A DNA stretch of 64,000 nt from Macrostomum lignano (taxonomy: Eukaryota): NCBI GenBank assembly GCA_002269645.1, contig NIVC01003642.1, positions 1 through 64,000 of the forward strand, in the 5' to 3' direction. Shown here piece by piece: positions 57,351 to 64,000 of this stretch; position 1 is the first letter of the stretch; each line of letters starts with the position of its first letter. Under the pieces are notes generated by a model. That model was not told the origin of the DNA. It saw only the letters and a program-made list of their open reading frames with translations, and ran no database searches. Position numbers and translations under genes: made by a program.

Positions 57351-58000
57351 TGTGCGTACCGTTTTTCTGTCACCTTTAAGGCCAGATTGCGTCATGCACG
57401 CTCAGTCTTAGCGATGCAATTATTAAACTCTATGCATGGAGACAGGCCTGATTTGCTTCCCCGATTGCATGGTTAATTTTTCAAAGGGTGACCTCCTTGA
57501 CCTCGGCAGACAAACAGGCAAAACATTGGCAAGGTAGTTTAGTCGTAAAAGAGATTAAGATTAACAGTAAGCATTTCGGTAACCTTACTTTATATTTCTT
57601 ATATCCACTATTTCAGTTGAGGGAATTTAGTCAAATACTTAATTGGTTATTAATATTGAAGCGACTAGAGGCGATGCAGGATGCAGCTGGATGCCAGTGG
57701 GGCTTGAATGCACAAAGCCATAAGAGAGATGAGCTTGAAATGAAGTTTATGCGCGAATAATAATAGTTCCCCATATGGGATGTGCGGCCTAGCCAGGGAA
57801 GATAATCCCAATGCCTCTGGGACAGTGTGGATACCCCCATCTCGATCTCTATATGATTAGAGCAGATCAGCCATCACCCTTAATCACAGAGGCCGTCCAT
57901 CAGGGGTGCCGATTCTCATAAATGATGCATCGCTTTTCAGTGGAACACAGGAGGCGGATTAGACAGTCAAAAAAAGAATTTTTGAGTCCTCAGAGGTGGC

Positions 58001-58486
58001 TCAGGAGCACTCGGTGCAGTCGAATATCTTCATCTGGGCGGCCAGGACGCTGAACTCGTCGAAGTTGATCACTCCGTCCTGGTCGCTGTCAGCCGCTGTC
58101 ATCATGTCGTCCAGCTCGCGGTCGGACATGCCCTCCTGCAGGATCTCGTTCATGACGAACTTCAGCTCGGACTTGGAGATCACCCCGTCCTGGTTCTGGT
58201 CCAGCAGCTCGAAGATTCGCTGCTTCTCCGACTGCGGCTTGTGGCCGCCCTTCTCCACGAAGGCGTTCATCATGGCGACGAATTCCTGGAATTCCAGAGT
58301 GCCGTTCGAGTTCTTGTCGAACTCGCGGATGAGAGCCTCCGCCTCCGGACGTGTGACCGTCTGGCCGGCCGCCCGCATCAGGCTGACGAGCTCCTTGACC
58401 TCGATGGCGCCGTTGCCGTTGGTGTCGGACTTGTTGAACACCTCCCGGAGCACTTCAACATTGCTGCCGCCGTGTTTGTCGCACAT
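58001..58486 (-). CDS. Calmodulin-like protein with four EF-hands, intronless CDS, 161 aa
   Basis: ATG at 58486 (MCDKHGG...) to TGA at 58001. Four canonical 12-residue loops: DTNGNGAIEVKE, DKNSNGTLEFQE, DQNQDGVISKSE, DSDQDGVINFDE. GC3-rich codons. It is too divergent from calmodulin proper to call CALM. The upstream extension in the ORF track (to 58873) is not convincing. Confidence 0.9.
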   Translation of the reverse strand: MCDKHGGSNVEVLREVFNKSDTNGNGAIEVKELVSLMRAAGQTVTRPEAEALIREFDKNSNGTLEFQEFVAMMNAFVEKGGHKPQSEKQRIFELLDQNQDGVISKSELKFVMNEILQEGMSDRELDDMMTAADSDQDGVINFDEFSVLAAQMKIFDCTECS

Positions 58487-58979
58487 GTTCAACGAATTTG
58501 GTACACTTTTGGCTGACTGGCTGCAAAGGTTCTGCTGCCTCTGTGCCCCCGACTCAGCTGCTGCTGTCTTTGACAAAGGCAAAATATCCTGGGGCAGCAG
58601 CCTCCGGGGGGAGGTGGGGGGCAGCGGGCCTATCCTGGCATGGCAGAGGTCCCTCGCCCTCCCTCCCCCGAACGCCTCTGTCCGTCCTTCCTTCATCCTA
58701 GCAGTTTTGCGGTGCGGCATCGCCATGCACAGCCATGACAGGCCGAAAAAGAGGGGTAGGGAACAGCATGGGGAACAAGGCCAGCCCAGTGACCGGGTAG
58801 GTAAGTTTTCAGTTGCTGAGGTGGAGGCATGGGGCATGGGGCTCTGTACTGCGGTCTGGGAGAGATGCTGCATGCCTGCCAGCCAGACTGCGTGCTGTCT
58901 TCGAATCGGAAATCAACAGTAATGGCTTGTCGTAATTTTGTGTGGAGCACTATAATGCTTCTGGACTGTGAAAATTGTT

Positions 58980-61900
58980 CTTATTCCAAGCTTCATATTC
59001 CCCAGTGTCATATTCCCCAAATATTATATTCCTAAAATGTCATATTCCCCAAATATTATATTCCCCAGTGTCATATTCCCCAAATATTATATTCCCCAGT
59101 GTCATATTCCCCAAATATTATATTCCCCAGTGTCATATTCCCCAAATATTATATTCCCCAGTGTCATATTCCCCAAATATTATATTCCCCAGTGTCATAT
59201 TCCCCAAATATTATATTACTAAAATGTCATATTCCCCAAATATTATATTCCCCAGTGTCATATTCCCCAAATATTATATTCCCCAGTGTCATATTCCCCA
59301 AATATTATATTCCCCAGTGTCATATTCCCCAAATATTATATTCCCCAAATGCCATATTCCCCAAATATTATATTCCCCTGTGTCATATTCCCCAAATATC
59401 ATATTCCCCAGTGTCATATTCCCCAAATATTATATTCCTAAAATGTCATATTCCCCAAATATTATATTCCCCAGTGTCATATTCCCCAAATATTATATTC
59501 CTAAAATGTCATATTCCCCAAATATTATATTCCTAAAATGTCATATTCCCCAAATATTATATTCCTAAAATGTCATATTCCCCAAATATTATATTCCCCA
59601 GTGTCATATTCCCCAAATATTATATTCCCCAGTGTCATATTCCCCAAATATTATATTCCCCAGTGTCATATTCCCCAAATATTATATTACTAAAATGTCA
59701 TATTCCCCAAATATTATATTCCCCAGTGTCATATTCCCCAAATATTATATTTCCCAAATGCCATATTCCCCAAATATTATATTCCCCTGTGTCATATTCC
59801 CCAAATATTATATTCCCCAGTGTCATATTCCCCAAATATTATATTCCTAAAATGTCATATTCCCCAAATATTATATTCCCCAGTGTCATATTCCCCAAAT
59901 ATTATATTCCCCAGTGTCATATTCCCCAAATATTATATTCCCCAAATGCCATATTCCCCAAATATTATATTCCCCTGTGTCATATTCCCCAAATATTATA
60001 TTCCCCAGTGTCATATTCCCCAAATATTATATTCCCCAGTGTCATATTCCCCAAATATTATATTCCTAAAATGTCATATTCCCCAAATATTATATTCCCC
60101 AGTGTCATATTCCCCAAATATTATATTCCTAAAATGTCATATTCCCCAAATATTATATTCCCCAGTGTCATATTCCCCAAATATTATATTCCTAAAATGT
60201 CATATTCCCCAAATATTATATTCCCCAGTGTCATATTCCCCAAATATTATATTCCTAAAATGTCATATTCCCCAAATATTATATTCCCCAAATATTATAT
60301 TCCCCGGTGTCGTATTCCCCAAATATTATATTCCCCAGTGTCATATTCCCCAAATATTATATTCCTAAAATGTCATATTCCCCAAATATTATATTCCCCA
60401 GTGTCATATTCCCCAAATATTATATTCCTAAAATGTCATATTCCCCAAATATTATATTCCCCAAATATTATATTCCCCAGTGTCATATTCCCCAAATATT
60501 ATATTCCCCGGTGTCGTATTCCCCAAATATTATATTCCCCAGTGTCATATTCCCCAAATATTATATTCCTAAAATGTCATATTCCCCAAATATTATATTC
60601 CCCAGTGTCATATTCCCCAAATATTATATTCCTAAAATGTCATATTCCCCAAATATTATACTCCCCAGTGTCATATTCCCCAAATATTATATTCCTAAAA
60701 TGTCATATTCCCCAAATATTATATTCCCCAAATATTATATTCCCCAGTGTCATATTCCCCAAATATTATATTCCCCAAATGCCATATTCCTCAAATATTA
60801 TATTCCCCTGTGTCATATTCCCTAAATATTATATTCACCAGTGTCATATTCCCCAAATATTATATTCCCCAGTGTCATATTCCCCAAATATTATATTCCC
60901 CAATGTCATATTCCCCAAATATTATATTCCTAAAATGTCATATTCCCCAAATATTATATTCCCCAGTGTCATATTCCCCAAATATTATATTCCCCAGTGT
61001 CATATTCCCCAAATATTATATTCCCCAGTGTCATATTCCCCAAATATTATATTCCCCAAATGCCATATTCCCCAGTGTCATATTCCCCAAATATTATATT
61101 CCCCAAATGCCATATTCCCCAAATGCCATATTCCCCAAATGCCATATTCCCCAAATGTCATATTCCCCAAATATTATATTCCCCAATGTCATATTCCCCA
61201 AATTTCATATTTTCCAATGTCATCTTCCCCAAATATTATATTCCCCAGTGTCATATTCCCCAAATATTGTATTCCCCAAATGCCATATTCCCCAAATATT
61301 ATATTCCCCAGTGTCATATTCCCCAAATATTATATTCCCCAAATGCCATATTCCCCAAATGCCATATTCCCCAAATGCCATATTCCCCAAATGCCATATT
61401 CCCCAGTGTCATATTCCCCAAATATTATATTCCCCAGTGTCATATTCCCCAAATATTATATTCCCCAAATGCCATATTCCCAGTGTCATATTCCCCAAAC
61501 ATTATATTCCCCAAATGCCATATTCCCCAAATGCCATATTCCCCAAATGTCATATTCCCCAAATATTATATTCCCCAATGTCATATTCCCCAAATGTCAT
61601 ATTTTCCAATGTCATCTTCCCCAAATATTATATTCCCCAGTGTCATATTTCCCAAATATTGTATTCCCCAAATGCCATATTCCCCAAATATTATATTCCC
61701 CAGTGTCATATTCCCCAAATATTATATTCCCCAAATGCCATATTCCCCAAATGCCATATTCCCCAAATGCCATATTCCCCAAATGCCATATTCCCCAAAT
61801 GTCATATTCCCCAAATATTATATTCCCCAATGTCATATTCCCCAAATGTCATATTTTCCAATGTCATCTTCCCCAAATATTATATTCCCCAGTGTCATAT

Positions 61901-62125
61901 TCCCCAAATATTATATTCCCCAGTGTCATATTCCCCAAATATTATATTCCCCAAATGCTATATTCCCCAAATGCCATATTCCCCAAATGCCATATTCCCC
62001 AAAAGTCATATTCCCCAAATATTATATTCCCCAATGTCATATTCCCCAAATGCCATATTCCCCTAATGTCATATTTTCCAATGTCATATTCCCCAAGTGT
62101 CATATTTTCTAATGTCATATTCCCA
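58980..62125. repeat. ~3.1-kb satellite, 31-bp unit made of two ATATTCCCC subrepeats
   Basis: Unit GTGTCATATTCCCCAAATATTATATTCCCCA, with 16-bp AAATGCCATATTCCCC variants increasing rightward. Confidence 0.97.
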
Positions 62126-62544
62126 ATCACATTAATTTTTCGAAAATTATGAGGAGTATTAGATAAATTTTGTATGTCGAATCGATCATAAATAATAATC
62201 AAGTCATTAGTTTATGTAGCTACTCGTGGAATTACATTCATCTCATTAGCTCGGCCTATTGCAATAATATCTCATAGGCCTGTCATGTGATCTCTTAAGA
62301 GGAGTAGACATTAGTACTGCATCAATTATTTAAGTCGAATGCAGCCTCGTTGTTTCTCTCCCTAGTCGAGTGGCTCTTTCGGATGGAATGTCCGTCTTTG
62401 AATTTGCTCGTAATGCGATATCGTCTGCCATCTCAGTTAGCTCGTCTTCTCATCTTATAACGAGCTCGCAAACTCAGCTCGTTAAATGAAAAGTTTCTCA
62501 GCTCATTTCCTTCTCAATTAAAACTAGCTGGGTTAAAACCTCTC

Positions 62545-63700
62545 CTTTCATTATCCCGTCACTATCCATTCATTATCCCGTCACTATCCCTCCATTATCC
62601 TGTCACTCTCCCTTCACTTTCCCTTCATTATCCCTTCACTCTCCCGTCACTCTCCCTTCACTTTCTCTTCATTATCCCTTCACTCTCCCTTCATTCTTCC
62701 TTCACTCTCCCTTCATTATCCCTTCACTCTCCCTTCATTATCCCTTCACTCTCCCTTCATTCTTCCTTCACTCTCCCTTCATTATCCCTTCATTATCCCT
62801 TCATTATCCCTTCACTCTCCCTTCATTATCCCGTCACTCTCCCTTCATTATCCCTTCACTATCCCTTCATTGGGGAGGCTTCACAAGCGCTAATTTTCAT
62901 AAGCGCTAACTAACCTACTTTCACAAGCGCTAAACTTCACAATAGCTAAAAATTCGCCACCTACTTTCACAAACGCTAAATTTCACAAGCGCTAAACTTC
63001 AGAATAGCGAAACCACCTACTTTCACAAACGCTAAACTTCATAAGCGCTAAACTTCAGAAGCGCTAAACTTCACAACCGCTAAAATACGAATGTCGGCTA
63101 CTTTCACAAGCGCTAAACTTCACAAGCGCTAAACTTCACAAGCGCTAAACCTGTACTAAACTTGGATTGTAAAGGTTAGCGTTTGTGAAATTTAGCGCTT
63201 GTGAAGTTTAGCGCTTGTGAAGTTTAGCGCTTATGAAGTTTAGCGCTTGTGAAAGTAGCCGACATTCGTATATTAGCGGTTTTTAACGTTTAGCGTTTGT
63301 GAAGTTTAGCGCTTGTGAAATTTAGCGCTTGTGAAGCTTAGCGCTTGTGAAGTTTAGCGCTTGTGAAATTTAGCGCTTGTGAAAGTCAATGTCGTTAGCG
63401 GTTATGAAAATTAGCGCTTGTGAAAGCGACCCCCTTCATTATCCCTTCACTATCCCTTCATTATCCCGTCACTCTCCCTTCATTATCCCTTCACTATCCC
63501 TTCATTATCTCTTCACTCTCCCTTCATTATCCCTTCACTATCCCTTCATTATCCTGTCACTTTCCCTTCATTATCCCTTCATTATCCCTTCACTCTGCCT
63601 TCATTATCCCGTCACTCTCCTTTTATTATCCCTTCACTCTCCCTTCATCATTTGTGTCACTATCCCTTCACTCTCTCTTTATCATCCCTTCATTACATCT
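62545..63700. repeat. CATTATCCCTTCACTCTCCCTT minisatellite interrupted by the foldback element
   Basis: The same unit occurs at 62545-62871 and 63434-63700. Confidence 0.9.
62872..63433. mobile_element. Foldback/MITE element, 562 bp, almost entirely inverted repeat built from TTCACAAGCGCTAAAC subrepeats
   Basis: Left end GGGGAGGCTTTCACAAGCGCTAATTTTCATAAGCGCTAAC versus right-end reverse complement GGGGTCGCTTTCACAAGCGCTAATTTTCATAACCGCTAAC. An internal unique inverted pair TACGAATGTCGGCTACTTTCAC (~63087-63108 / ~63249-63270) is present, with a short central spacer near 63150-63175. The element is flanked by CTTCATT on both sides. Confidence 0.8.
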
Positions 63701-64000
63701 AACTCCCTCTCTCTTCGTTCACTCCTGCCTTCCTCTCTATCTCTCCGTACAGTTTGGCCTTTGAGTTTGGGGAATGGGTCTGGCCGTTCTGAGCGACTTC
63801 TCCGCAATTAACTTACAACTGCAATGGCAAGGCTGGCACAGGGGAAGCCAGGCAGCGCGCCCGAGCTGATTGCGGACTCGCGGAGGCGGCCAGTCTCTGG
63901 GGAGGAAGCTGGAGCAGAGGTGGCTGAGCGCGAGCTTAGATAGAAGGGGTCAGAGACTGAGTAAAATAGGGATTTTCTCGGTCGCCGTTTTTTTGACTAC

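Noticed and set aside
57996-58922. 308-aa plus-strand ORF
   Set aside because: It is the antisense shadow of the GC-rich calmodulin-like CDS. The same applies to antisense ORFs over the APC, MLCK and Yurt exons.

Overview
Eukaryotic (animal) genomic DNA in the standard code, with GT-AG introns. GC-rich exons sit in AT-rich introns that are packed with intron-specific mini- and microsatellites. This style resembles a Macrostomum-type flatworm genome (inference, not verified). Four genes were reconstructed by hand with phase-consistent splice sites. (1) A 15-exon Yurt/EPB41L5-like FERM-FA protein, 2485-18339 (+), about 792 aa, ending in a PDZ-binding motif. (2) A compact 9-exon myosin light chain kinase with a calmodulin-binding tail, 23434-31203 (+), about 340 aa. 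(3) A short APC-like armadillo protein, about 45087-51064 (+), about 950 aa, with an unresolved 5' end. (4) An intronless four-EF-hand calmodulin-like gene, 58001-58486 (-). About 40 tandem arrays account for most long ORFs in the supplied track, and those ORFs are treated as spurious. Mobile DNA includes a tRNA-headed SINE family (6 copies), a second tRNA-derived SINE head, two MITE-like elements, a 562-bp foldback element and a decayed LINE RNase H relic. The most notable unexplained structure is the SINE family. It carries a hairpin with a compensatory change plus a mutually exclusive alternative pairing, and different parts of the element appear to have seeded separate minisatellite arrays. 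No CRISPR arrays, rRNA or intact tRNA genes were found.
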